Source: Camelus dromedarius
Lineage: Eukaryota
NCBI RefSeq assembly: GCF_036321535.1
Contig: NC_087447.1
Coordinates: forward strand, 41,914,001 to 41,978,000
Reading direction: 5' to 3'
Length of the DNA stretch: 64,000 bases
The notes beneath the pieces are model-generated. The model worked only from the letters and a program-made list of their open reading frames with translations. It was not told the origin of the DNA and made no database searches. Below are positions 1-13,782 of this stretch, in pieces (positions within the stretch are counted from its first letter, which is position 1; each line of letters begins with the position of its first letter). A program made the translations under genes and the position numbers.

Positions 1-1098
1 GAAATGGACAACTTTCTGAAATGCTTGCCAAAACTCTTCCTTAAACACAGTACAGATTATTGGATTGATGAGGGAGTTTAAATAGCCTAGCCAGGTGAAA
101 AAGTAAAAAATGGGCTGGGTGGATCCAGCAGGAGTCCCGGCAGATGGAGAGGACCAGAGATGCAACAAAGAAGGGCAGCCAGCAGACGATGAAGGCCCCC
201 AGAATGATCCCCAGGGTTTTAGTGGCTTTCCTCTCTCGAGCTGCCAAAATCCTCTTGCTCTCCAGGACGCTGTCAGCAAGCTTGATTTTCACGTGGTTGA
301 AAAAGAGAGAGGAACCGGCGGAATGAGAGTGCCTCTCATGAAGGCTGGGGTTGAGCGAGCAGAGCGAGGACCCCGCTGAGCCTGGAATGAGCTGGGCTGT
401 GGTGAAGCGCTTCCCTTAGAGCAACGACGGGTTCAGGATGCGGTTCCGGGCGGCCGTAGAGGATGACAAGCAATACAAACGGGATGTAGAAGGCCCCACA
501 AATGGAGTAGATGGTGTAGGAGATCTGAGAAGTGTTCACCAGGCAGTCCGACATCTCTTCATGAGCCTTGGCCTGCAGCCAAAAGAGTAGTAGGATGGAG
601 ATGCAGGCGGAGATGAGCCAGATGATGGCAATCATGGCGGCCGCATGGCCTGCTGTCCTGCGTTTGCTGTACTCCAGGGCGTCCATGATGGCCCAGTACC
701 TGTCCAGAGCAATGACAGATGCAGGATGGGGGTCGTGCAGCATGTGATGTCCGAAGACAGCCAGATGTCATACAGGATTTGGCCAAAGCTCCAGGTGTGG
801 GTGGTGGTGTATGCGATGCTGATGGGCATGACTAAGATGGAAACTAAAAGGTCAGTCATGGCCAGGGAGCCAGTGAGATAGTTGGCTGGAGTGTGGAACT
901 TCCTGGTCAGGATGATGGTGGTAAGCACAAAGGCGTTGGAAAGGACTGTGGCCAGTGTGATGATGGAAAGGACTACTGCAAGAGAAATCTTGAGGGCTTG
1001 GAGGGTCCCTGGATCCCAAGCTTCTGTTCTGTGGCATTCAGGGATCTGTTAGGAGCCCCCTGGAAAAGGCCTTCCATTGACTGGTTTGGCGGGGACGT
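1..1098 (-). pseudogene. HTR1D: HTR1D (5-hydroxytryptamine receptor 1D) pseudogene, coding part; the last few codons run off the left window edge
   Basis: Minus-strand peptides in shifting frames match 5-HT1D: (M)[104 protein letters not shown]. The start codon reads ACG (1096-1098). Frameshifts near 1025, 718, 450 and 105; in-frame TAA at 416-418. Confidence 0.95.
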
Positions 1099-1880
1099 TC
1101 TAGGAGGCTCTCTTCCCACAGACTCAGACACACACAGCTCCCTCTTTCACAGCTGTCCAGCTCACAGAATAAGGTCATCCTTTTGTTTCTTGCCATCAGA
1201 AGGGACCACCTTGCAAAGACCTCGACTCTTTAAAGAACACGTTGAAGTGATTGCTGCGTGGGAGTTAAAGGTCTTTCCCCAACCGGATAAATCCCAAGAT
1301 GTCTCATTGTTCTGGAACTTTGCCCAGCAACTGGTCAGGCTTAGCTGGATTTGTTAGACATTTATCAGGATATCGCAACAGTGTAGGCAGTGCTCTGGGA
1401 TTCTTGCCTTTGGCATTGTGGCTCCTTCCAAAGCTTGAGAGAGAAATGTGTTTAATGAGAACTTCAGAATCTCCCTCATCCTATTCTGAGAAGATTCTGG
1501 ATTTCAGGTTGCCTCTGGGAAGCTTTCAAAACTAGAGACAAAAAGAAGTATCAGCTGATTCAGTGAGGCAGGCCAGTTAACAGCTCACAGCCTTTCTAGG
1601 TTTGTCTTGATACATCATGAGGTATTTTGGTTCCTGTCACACTGAACGTTTTGAACCCGCTCCCGGACACGGACACGCAGGTGCGGACCGCGGGCTCGCC
1701 CTTTTGGATCCTGCTATCTCGAGCAGCGCCTCATCTCCCTGCTGGCTGCCTCCTCATCTCCACCGTGCCCCCCAGCCGAGCTCCAGGCGCCACCCGCCCA
1801 GCCGTCCCAGGGGCTCTTCCCTGGCCCCTGCTCTCGCAATCCCCACCTTCCTCCGCCCTGTGGCTCCCACACGCTCCGCT
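1099..1880 (-). pseudogene. HTR1D: 5'UTR part of the HTR1D retrocopy, ending in a GC/CpG-rich segment (~1656-1880) that probably derives from the parental first exon
   Basis: Non-repeat sequence contiguous with the pseudogene start. Composition switches abruptly to CpG-rich at ~1656 and back to AT-rich old-L1-like sequence at ~1881. The first-exon origin is inferred. Confidence 0.65.
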
Positions 1881-2390
1881 TAAGTATGTGCATCTTAACT
1901 TCATTTGAATTCCTCACAGCAGTATGTATGATAGTTCCTTTTCCTACCACCCTCATAAAAACTTAGAATTGTCAGGCTTCAGTTTTGGCTATTTTGATAG
2001 GTTTAAAATCATGCCTCATTAATTTATTAGGCTGAACTTTTCTGATTATTAGAGTGTTGGAGCTTCTTTTCATATGTTTATCAGCCATTTTGATTTCCTC
2101 TATTGTAAATTTTAAGTTCATGTTTTTTTTCTGTTGCTGCTTTTTTTCTTTTGATTTTAGTGGGGCTTTTTAAAAGGATGTTTTGGACTCTTATTCTTTT
2201 GTATACTTTCTAGGTAATTCAGTCTGAGACTTATCTTCATTTTTTATGTTATTTTTTGATGGAGACATTTTTAATTTAATATAGTTGAATTTATCAGTCT
2301 TTTCACTTATGATTTGTGTATTTTACGCTTTCCCTATCTGATTATAAAGATATTCTATGACATCTTTTACTAAAAGTTTTAACATCTTAT
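1881..2390 (-). mobile_element. Old degraded L1 (L1M-type) fragment, probable host of the HTR1D retrocopy
   Basis: T-rich antisense L1 3'-ORF2 motifs (tctgattattagagtgttggagcttctttttcatatgtttatcagccatttt). Boundaries approximate. Confidence 0.55.
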
Positions 2391-2789
2391 AATAGTGACT
2401 CACAAAACCTTTCAGCTTATCAGTTTAGTAAACATTCTTGAGCGCCTGCTATATAGTAGATGCTGTGCTAAGTATGAGGGATACAGCAGTGTAAGGAACT
2501 TTGAGGAACTCACATTTTAATGAAGGGGACATCAGGCAGAGAGAACATGAGCAAAAGAAGCATGGGCAAAAGATAGCAAACTGAAAGAAGTGTTCTAAGA
2601 GCTGGATTAGTTCAGTACTGACCACATAGGTGGGGGAGGTTCCAACTAGATTGGAAAGATAGGAGTAAGACCATGGAGGCATTTTGACCTGGAGCTCAGA
2701 CTTAATCTTGTAGGTTAAGTGCTTTCAAACAATTTTAGCATCAAAACCATAACCTCAAAAGAAATTAATGGTAACAACTATGACAATTA

Positions 2790-2940
2790 CAATAATAATC
2801 ATAATGTCAGCTAATATATCTTGATTATCTACCATGGTGCTATCTTGAGTACTACATGAATTATCTCATTTCTTCCTTATAAGCAACCCTGTAAGATAGG
2901 TTTTAATGTAATCCTCATTTTACCAACTGAGGCTCTTAAA
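2790..2940 (-). mobile_element. MIR SINE remnant
   Basis: MIR core-like attatctcattt...caaccctgtaagatagg...cctcattttac...actgaggctc. Confidence 0.6.
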
Positions 2941-4141
2941 TATTAATATATAAAGCAAGTTGAAGCAAGCTTCTCTTACTATATTGCTTCCGCAGAACAG
3001 AATACATTTTAAATCACTGCCTAAAAGGATAAGAAGTTATTGAAGGGTTTGAGGCATGAAAGTGACATAATCAGACTTGTATTTTATGTCTTGTCATTCT
3101 AGAAACTGTCTGAACAAGGCCTGGATTAGGGAAACTAGTTATGAAACTCTTACATTAGTCCAAATGAGAGAAGATTAAAAACCTGAACTATAAGTTTAGG
3201 TGTATCACATGGGATAAGTTAGAAATGATAAGAGGATAGCAATTACTAATAGGCCAAGAAGAAATTTGCATGTGTCACATGAAGGAACAAATCATGGTAA
3301 ATGGATACATGAAAGATTTTACCTTGAGAAAACTAATGGGAACTCTTGATTTAGTGGGTCCATATAATTGAGGTTAAACTGATATAAAAAATGATATATT
3401 AATAAAAAGGAGAAAATATGAAACAATGTACTTATTTAACTTCAATTTTTGATAGTTATACATTCTTCCTTTTCTAGAGTTGCCACTAAAAAAGTAGAAA
3501 CAGAGCTTATAAATTCCATACTAGCAGAGGAGATAAAAGAAGAGCCAGGATAAATAGAAATCATAAAGAGAAAAAAATAGAGAGGTAGAACAAGTTATAA
3601 AAGTATAAAATAAGATTATAAATGTGTGTCTATATGTATATATAGATATAATTACAAGAATTATAAGTCAACTAAATGATCTAGTTAAAAGACAAAAGTT
3701 GTTTGCCTGGATTTTTTAAAAATGTCAACTATATACTGTTGCCAAGAAGTAGATAAAGGTTGAAGTAAAAAGATGGAAAAGAGATATCCCAGGAAAATTT
3801 AAACAACAAAACTGATGTGGTTATGTTAACATCAGACAAATAGTCTTTAAAAGGGAAACAAGTTATTAGAACAATGCCAAGTATCTGAAACAGGAATTTA
3901 AGTTCAGATCTTAAAGATGAAGTTGAAAAGAAGGTGATAGTGCATTTCCAAATAACTAATATGTTCAATGAGTGTTACACTGATTTGAAGAATAAAGACA
4001 AACAAAAGTTTGGGAAAACAAATACCTATAGGCTATATGGAATTTAAAGTTTAACCAAATACTTTTTTCACAGATTTTGAAAATACTGGCTTTTTCATTC
4101 CATGTCATTCTATGTTTGTTGGCTACACATACAAAAATTAA

Positions 4142-4312
<171 letters not shown>

Positions 4313-5368
4313 TGAAGTTTTTATTTGGTATTTTTATTTATTCTCAAACTATGCACTACTTACTGATAATCAGTCAAAGTATTATAGCACAACAGTTTTG
4401 AACCACAAGGGCATATTTTACAAAGTTATGTTGTTACAAGAGTCATGGTTCTGATGGAAATCTAGCCTGGCATTTGGAACTTTTCCAAGTTGTCTATTAT
4501 TGAATGTTGATTTATTTAGTGAAAAAAATAATTAATTTAAATAGTATTGTCAGCAACATTTAATTCTCTTTGAATATAGTTGGAGATAAAAGTCTTTAGT
4601 GCTGTCTGGTTATTTAATATTAAGGAATTATTAATTTGGGAGGTTATAGTGGTATTATATAAAGGTTTTATTTTTAAAAGAGCCTGTATCTTCTTTAGAT
4701 ATGTACTAAAGTATTTATGTATAAATGATATGATGCCTGGGATTTGCTGCAGATAATACAGTAGGGAAGAGAACAGAAGGAGTAGAAATATATATGTGAC
4801 CGTGAGTTGGTGATTGTCAAAGCCGAATACATGTGGCTTTATTTTCCTTTTTTGTCTCTTCTTTGGGAGGGGATGAGGAGGTTAATTTTTTTTTTAACTC
4901 CTAGATAAGAGAGCATTCTAAACCTTAATTTTTATACTTTGCTATTCTTACTAACTATAAAAATCAGGTATAGAAAATGCAATTCGAATGATTGTTTTAT
5001 ATAGATAAATCATGACCAGTATTGAGGGAGAGGTCCCATCAGGGAGTCAGTGTTAGCATCTGACGTCAGATTTATATGTAAGGAAGAATGCTTCCAAGCA
5101 GTTTTACAAAGCCTAAAGAGACTGCTTGCCTAGGAGGGGTAAGGGATAAGGAAGCTGCCCTGGGTTCCATTTATTTTACCTGTTATATCAGGTCATATCT
5201 TTCACATGAATATTTTTTAAATCTTTTTTTCCTAAAAATTTAGTATTATTGGTAATCTAAAATTTCTAAACATAGGCAATCTAAAATTTATATAGCATAA
5301 AAATGAAAGAAAAATGTTTTTATTATAAAAGAACAAATATATCTCACATATATTTTTATTGTTTCCAG

Positions 5369-5477
5369 TTATCCTTATATTCCTATTCTCCCGGCTCAGC
5401 TACTGGAAGTTTTAAGTTCCCCAACACCTTTCATTATTGGAGTACATTCTATCTTTAAAACTGATGTTCATGAACTT
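5369..5477 (+). CDS. SBF2: SBF2 coding exon (exon 8)
   Basis: ttccag|T...CTT|gtgagt; 109 bp; [36 protein letters not shown]; phase matches the previous exon. Confidence 0.96.
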
Positions 5478-5829
5478 GTGAGTATATTAAATTACCAGTT
5501 ATTGAGGTCAGATGTTTATCATGTTTCTTTGAGTCCTATAACATTTCAACTAATTACTATTTTCAGATCTATTGCATTCCCAGCAGAAAAGATTGACTGG
5601 AAGAAAAGTATCATTGAAAAATCTAAATGCATTAATTTTTCCTTTATAGCAAGTACAGGAGATTTACAAAATGAATTCATTAATATTTTAGAATGTCCTT
5701 CTTTTGGTGTACCAAGTTTATCTTTCTGTATTCTTTGCCTTATATGTGAGAAAGGAAGATAAAATTATTCATCAATTAGAATTCTATTTATACTTTTGTT
5801 ATGACTGCTTTAATTTATTCATATTTTGA

Positions 5830-6440
5830 AGTGAGGCCTGTGTTAATGCTGAATGGCTGATAACTAAAAAGCAAAAAGAATTTGCAAAAGAGTGAAGGGT
5901 TTTAGTGGAATACAAGTTCAGTATGAGCCCCACCAAATTATTCTATTCTTAATGCTGTATGAATGGAAGTACCAAAGAAGGAAAATAATACTCTACATTC
6001 AACCAGTTTGGAAATAACACATTTAGTTCTCTGTACTGCACTTTAAAAGGAACTGTAAAAAAAAAAATGCACTTCAGAGAAGGACATCTAGGATGTCAGG
6101 AGTTTAGAAATTATATCCTGTGAGGCCCTAACAGAATTTTCTCTATAGTATCAGGTAATAACCTGGTACTATAAAAGAGAAATACTTAACTGTCACGGGA
6201 AAGAAAGAGGCTAAAATGAAACTGGTGGGTATAGTGGATATGGAAACAAATTTCTGCTCAGTTTAAGTGTATTCAGCTAATAGAGATGCCCAGTGATGAT
6301 GAGTAGGTTTCCTTATGTGAGGAGTGTACTCTCAGGTACTGTGTAGAGGGCAAGGAACAAGTTGCATGACACATTTCAGGGAGTTTAAGAAGCATTTCTC
6401 ACTGAAAGGTTGGGCTGTGTAATGTCTGTGATCCACAGTC
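5830..6440 (+). mobile_element. Ancient CR1/L3 LINE remnant
   Basis: Degenerate L3-like motifs (aagttcagtatgagcc; ctgcactttaaaagga; ttcagagaaggacatctaggatg). Boundaries approximate. Confidence 0.45.
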
Positions 6441-7467
6441 CTGAAGAGTTTGTAATTCTACTTTTGTTTTAGTTTCAAATGCCAGCAAAGAGGTAAGCTC
6501 TGTTGGTACTTCTACATAATTAAAATTATAATCAAATCATAGGTGTCTTTTAAACTGATAAAAGGCAATTCTACATTGCAGTTGTAAACAGTACCCTCAT
6601 TCATTTATTAATCATTCTTCCTAACTTTATATATTGACATCTAGTTCCTATTTAACTTTGATATCACATAAAATATGTATAAATCAATAACCATATTAAG
6701 TAAAACCTCATTAGTACTGTTTAGAAACATACTCATCTGGTTTGTAGGTTATTTTTTCCCACTAAATATAAATGGTCTCTGGAAGTTAGACAAACCAAGT
6801 GTTGACAAAAATGAATTTGTTATCTTTTTAATAAATAAATTAGATTGAATTTTAATCCTATTATTAAAATAATAACTTCAATAATCTTGGCTAGTTTCTC
6901 TATTATATTTTTATGTAAGTTATTTTTAAATAGCCTGTTGTAAAATGCTAAAGATCAGTTTCTTTTTTAACTACCTGTACAGTACCATTTTGATGTATAC
7001 TAATGGCTTTGCTTGTTGACTCTTACAATGATTACTATGTTATTTAGGATATGGCTGACCTACTATACTAAAGCATGCAAAATGCAGTGGCTCAAACAAA
7101 ATAGAATTTTATTTAACATTCATGCAGCAGTTTGTAGAAGTGTTCCGTTGTGCGAGACCAGTTTGCTCCATGAATTCATTCAAGGTCCAGACTTCTTTAC
7201 TTCTTGTTCCTCCACTAGAATCCACTCTGGCATTGTCATCATCTGAATGTTCAAGGATGGGTTGCTGCCAGTTTATAGTTTCAGCCATGGGAAGGGGAAA
7301 GAGAGCCCAGAGGGCTTTACATCCTTTCTGTTTTGAATGCCTAGTACATACCACTTTTCATGTTCCATTGGCAGAAACTTAGTCATGTGCCACACCTAAT
7401 TTCAAGGGAAACTGGAAAATATATGATAACTGGGAAGTCAATCTACATTTTATTAATTACAGATTAA

Positions 7468-7617
<150 letters not shown>

Positions 7618-7713
7618 TAGTATTTTTCTCTTGATTTAAATCTAAACTAAAGTAATTGGAATTAAATATCATTGGCAGTACTTTAAATTACTTTAAAAAG
7701 AGACCTATACATT

Positions 7714-9832
7714 CTTTTTAAAAATTTTTTGTATATATATATATATTTTAGTCAGTTACAATGTTGTATCAATTTCTGGTGTACAGCATAATGCTTCAGT
7801 CATACACGAACATACATACATTCATTTTCACATTCTTTTTCACCATAAGTTACTACAAGATATTGAATATAGTTCCCTGTGCTATACAGTACGAACTTGT
7901 TGTTTATCTATTTTGTATGTATTAGTTAGTACCTGCAAATCTCGAACTCCTAATTTATCCCTTCCCATCCCCTTTCTCTCCTGGTAACCATAAGTTTGTT
8001 TTCTATGTCTGTGAGTCTGTTTCTGTTTTGTAAATAAGTTCACTTGTCTTTTTTTTTTTTTTGGATTCCACATATAAGTGATATCATACGGTATTTTTCT
8101 TTCTTTTTCTGGGTTACTTCACTTAGAATGACAATCTCCAGGTCCATCCATGTTGTTGTAAATGGCGTTATTTCATTATTTTTATGGCTGAGTAGTATTC
8201 CATAGTATACTACATATAGTATAGTATAGATTCCATAGATATACCGCAGCTTCTTTATCCAGTCATCTGTTGATAGACATTTAGGTTGTTTCCATGTCTT
8301 GGCTATTGTAAATAGTGCTGCTGTGAACATTGGAGTGCAGGTATCTTTTTGAATTAAGGTTTCCTCTGCCTTAATTCAATATGTCCAGGAGTGGGATTGC
8401 TGGTTCAGAGAGTTTATCTATTTTTAGTCTTTTGAGGAATCTCCATGCTATTTTCCATGATGTCTGCACCAAGCTACATTCCTACCAACAGTATAGGAGG
8501 GTTCCCTTTTCTCCACAGCCTCTTCAGCATTTTTCATTTGTGGACTTTTGAGTGATGGCCATTCTGACTAGTGAGGTGATACCTCATTGTAGTTTTGATT
8601 TGCATTTCTCTGATAATTAGCGATATTGAGCATTTTTTCATACTCCTACTGGCCATTTGTATGTCTTTGCTGGAGAATTGCTTATTTAGGCCTTCTGCCC
8701 ATTTTTGGATTGGATTATTTGTTTTTTTTTCTTGTTAAGCTGTATGAGCTATTTATATATTCTGGAAATTAAGCCCTTGTGAGTCTCATCTTTTGCAAAT
8801 ATTTTCTCCCATTCTGTAGGTTGTCTTTTTGTTTTGCTTATTGTTTCCTTTGCTGTTCAGAAGCTTGTAAGTTTAATTATGTCCCATTTGTTTATTTTTG
8901 CTTTTATTTCTGTTGCCTGGGTAGACTTCCCAGGAGAACGTTGCTAAGATATATGTCAGGTAATGTTTTGCCTATGTTTTCTTCTGGGAGGTTTATCATG
9001 TCTTGTCTTATATTTAAGTCTTTAAGCCATTTTGAGTTTATTTTTGTGTATGGTATGAGGGAGTATTCTAACTTCATTGATTTGCATGCAACTGTCCCAT
9101 TATCCCAACACCATTTGCTGAAGAGACTGTCTTTACTCATTGTATGTTCTTGTCTCCTTTGTCAAAGATTAACTGACCAGAAGTTTCTGGGTTTATTTCT
9201 GGGCTCTCTATTCTGTTCCACTGAGCCATATGTCTGTTCTTGTACCAATATCTTGCTGTTTTGATTACTGTAGCTCTGTAATATTGTCTGAAGTGTGGGA
9301 GGGTTATTCCTCCAGCTTCATTCTTTCTCTTCAGTATTGCTTTGACAATTCTGGGTCTTCTGTGATTTCATATAAATTTTAGGGTTCTTTGTTCTGGTTC
9401 TGTGAAAAATGTCCTGGGTAATTTGATAGGGATTGCATTAAATCTGTAGATTGCTTTGGATAAAATGGCCATTTTAATAACATTAATTCTTCTAATTCAA
9501 GAACATGGGCTATCTTTCCATTTCTTTAAGTCATATTTAATTTTCTTAGTCAGTGTTTTGTAGTTCTCTATGTATAAGTCTTTCACTTCCTTGGTCAGAT
9601 TTATTCCTAAGTATTTTATTTTTGGGTATGCAGTTTTAAAAGAGATTATTTCTTTACTTTCCTTTTCTGATATTTCATTGTTAGTGTAAAGAAGTGCCAC
9701 TGGTTTCTGTATCCTGCTACCTTGCTGAATTCTTTTATCAGCTCTAGTAGTTTTTGTGTGGAACCTTTAGGGTTTTATATATATAGTATCACGTCATCTG
9801 CATATAATGATAATTTTACCTCTTCTCTTCCA
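7714..9832 (-). mobile_element. 5'-truncated L1 (copy A): 3' ORF2 and 3'UTR
   Basis: Minus-strand ORF2 fragments ([46 protein letters not shown]); T-rich tail at the left; no clear TSD found. Confidence 0.92.
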
Positions 9833-11888
9833 CATCTCATTACTCTTTGGTAGATGTGCTCCTTGCAAATCAGTGTGATACTGGCTTGCCAGTGTTTTCA
9901 AGTTACTGCAGAAAGATATAACTTATTGATTGATTAGATGTCTAGCATTTTGTGCAGTGAAGTTTTAAGAAATCTTGTGACCTGTGTGTTTCTCATTGAA
10001 TTCAATTGAATTTTTTGTCAACTTTTGTTGATTTTCAAAAGCACAGGGTTTTTATTTTACTAACAATGTTTTAGGTGCCCATTTATCCCTCATCAGAAAA
10101 TTGAAACTTCAAAATTCTGCATTCCTTTTCATGCCATTACTAGAACTAAGGTCTTTATATTCTTCTTGAATAATATTCCAGTCTGGCCTGTTAAACCTTT
10201 TTTTCCCCTTAGATAGGAACTCAGAAATCTAGGATTACCAGGAGGGATTTTATTCTCAGAAATGTTGAAATTTATATTAGTCCTTGTTTTGTTATAGTGA
10301 TATCTATGGGATGGGAACATTTAGAGAAGACTGACTTTTCCCAATGTAATTTGTAATCTGGAATACAAGGCATAATAGAGTAAAAAGAATACTGTGTAGG
10401 GCTTAGGAGACCTAAATTCTAGTCTGTAGCCTGTCACTTAATATTTTTGAGCAAATCACACTCTTATCTCTAGTCTTCTGTATCATAGTCTTTATGTATA
10501 GGATGAATGTTTTATACACAGAATAACAAATACTGTTTCCCAAAGTGAAGTATGAAATGATTTGAGGTGGTAAATGGCAGCCTTTTTATTGTAATAATTA
10601 TGTATTTATTATAATGTTTATCAAAAGTAGCATATAAAACCTGTGATTTCACAGATGATATCATCCAAGAAAATACAGATTTAAAGAGATGAGTTGATTT
10701 AAAGACATTTTAAAGAAAATATTAACTAAATAATTGCATAGGTAGTATATGGATATTGCAAAAGCTAAAAAGGTAGTATTTGAGTGAATTTAAAATGTTT
10801 TATGTTTCTAGAAATCTTAAAAAAGTTTTAAAATCTTATATATGCTTACTTAATAATGATATTTATAATTGTTCAGGAATTAAGTACCAAAATTCACAAA
10901 GATTAAGATTTTAATTCTTAACGTCAGTGGCTACTGGGAGAGGTTCTGTTCCACACTGGTATACTCTAACTTACAAAACCTGTGCCATCAAATCTGATCA
11001 GAATAAAATTAATTTTTTGTAAAACTGAGTATGCCTATTTACATAATTTTCAAGTACAAAGGTGAATTATGCTATGGTGTAGTATTTTAAATAAGCCATA
11101 AGAGCATAGTATATTGTCAAAATAGGACCAAAAAGAAATCACATTTGATGGACTGTGTGGGAGCTTTGACACACAAGTATGTGAGCTTCATTTGTTTAGT
11201 AAACAGTTGTAATCAAATGGTTACACAGTACTCAAACTGTAATAATCAATGGATGATTTTATAGACATGAAGACATCATACTGTGGTAATGATTTGGTGA
11301 TTGGATTATAAATATTATCGATATTTCAGTGTCACTTGTAAGTACTGTTTTGAGTCTTTTGGTCTATTTTGAGTATAGCACCAAATCCTGAATATTTGAA
11401 AATGAGCCTGCAAAGACAAAAATTTGCTGCATACTGATGCAAAATAATTTTTTTCTCTAAGTCCTGTGTAGACCTTTCTTTCCCACCTGCTTCCCAATCT
11501 GCTTTCCTTCAAAGCCTAACCCAGATCTTACCTTCTTGTTTTAGCTTTCCATAGTTGAATTATATTTTATGTTTTATATATTTCTAATGCTTGTCACATT
11601 GTATTATACTATTACTCCTCTGGACTATGAGGTTCTTAAGCTTATTCCCTTTTTTCTCAGTGTTTCAGTTAACTAACTAATTAATTTTTAGTATTTTTAT
11701 ATTTTTTCTAGGAGATCTTTTCACATTAGTACATACAGAGCTGCCTCAGCTAACTGTATTGTATTTAATGGAGGGAATATATTGTAATTCATGTACTGAT
11801 ATTTTTTCATCTTAATGCCCCAAATAGATCATATAATAGGTTTTATTGATACTAAGATCTTTTACATAACAAAACTTCTTTGCTTTAG

Positions 11889-12035
<147 letters not shown>

Positions 12036-12849
12036 TGACTATAGTGGGAATTAAATGGACAGCCTGGTAAAGGTGCACCAAATTAGAAATTAGGAAAATT
12101 ACCCCTGACTGACCTAGTGATCTCTGCTCAAGGAGAAGCCACAGGGCAGCACACTGACTGGAAGGAAGGAGGGCTTGGCCTGTTGCTCTGAGGAGGCATG
12201 AGTAAGTATGGGACAAAAAAAATCAGAACCTAGGTTATAGCCTGAAAAACTATGCCAGGCATCCAATTGAAAGGATCAGACAAGGATAGAAAAGGGAAAT
12301 TTACAAAAAATGGAAACAGGTTGTTGGTAACAGGAGAGAATCACATTTGAGTGAGTAGATGAAAGTAGTTCCAAATGGAAGCCATAAAAGGGTGAAAAAA
12401 AGAGGCGCCTTTTTTTATTTTGCCCAATGCATTTCTTAGAAATGAGCTTTGTGGCCAGTAAGGAACCTTTGACCTCTTTGACATGTTACTTAAGCATTCT
12501 TGACCATTAAATTAGAAATTGACTAAATAAAGTTTCCTTACAGTTTTAAAACTGTGATTTTTAAAAAATTTAAATTATCAAAATACTTTGTCATACCTTA
12601 TTAATATAAGAATAGATTTTTATAAGTTGGATAGACTGAAATAATTTCATAAGCTTTAAAATACAGTCTTGAGGGTTTTATATTTGTGATGACAATTCTT
12701 TTGATGGATATAAAAATCAGATGTCTTGTGAAAAATGCCTTTCTCTAACATGGTGAAAAGGAAGACTCTGTGATTTGTTTTTTGTTTTTTTTTTTTCCTG
12801 AGAGGAAAATTGGATGTACTGGAGGCAAGTTTTGTTTGGTTCAATTTAA

Positions 12850-13170
<321 letters not shown>

Positions 13171-13602
13171 TAGAGTACCATATTGTATCTGTCCAAAATG
13201 TAGACTCTAATTTAATAGAACAACTTAGTTGTCTTTTCCTAGCCATGTATATTGACCTTAATTTATCAAATGTGTATATTTAAAATCTCTGCTTTATGTG
13301 ATTAGATGATAATTTTTAGTAATACTATGGAACTGACATATTATCCTTTAGGGAATGTTAATTTTAAATTGATTTTTCTTTTAAAATTGACATTAATTTC
13401 TTTCTGATTTCTCCTCCTGCTTTATGGCCATTCATTTTTATTCTTTCTAATACATGTAGCATTTCAGGTATCAAAAACCCTTTTAGAGAGAAATTATTTT
13501 ATAACAACACATTTATGCATGAAGACATTTAGGCTTTGATCTTCCTATTATATTTTTGTTTTGACCATTCATCGATTACTAAGTGATAACTTATTCATTT
13601 AA

Positions 13603-13782
<180 letters not shown>

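Noticed and set aside
41..1037. GPCR-like ORFs as a functional 5-HT receptor or a novel short GPCR
   Set aside because: They are frameshifted pieces of one HTR1D pseudogene with an ACG start and an internal stop.
893..1956. ORFs such as 893-1357(+), 1617-1883(+) and 1714-1956(-)
   Set aside because: Antisense or UTR frames of the GC-rich retrocopy; no recognisable protein.
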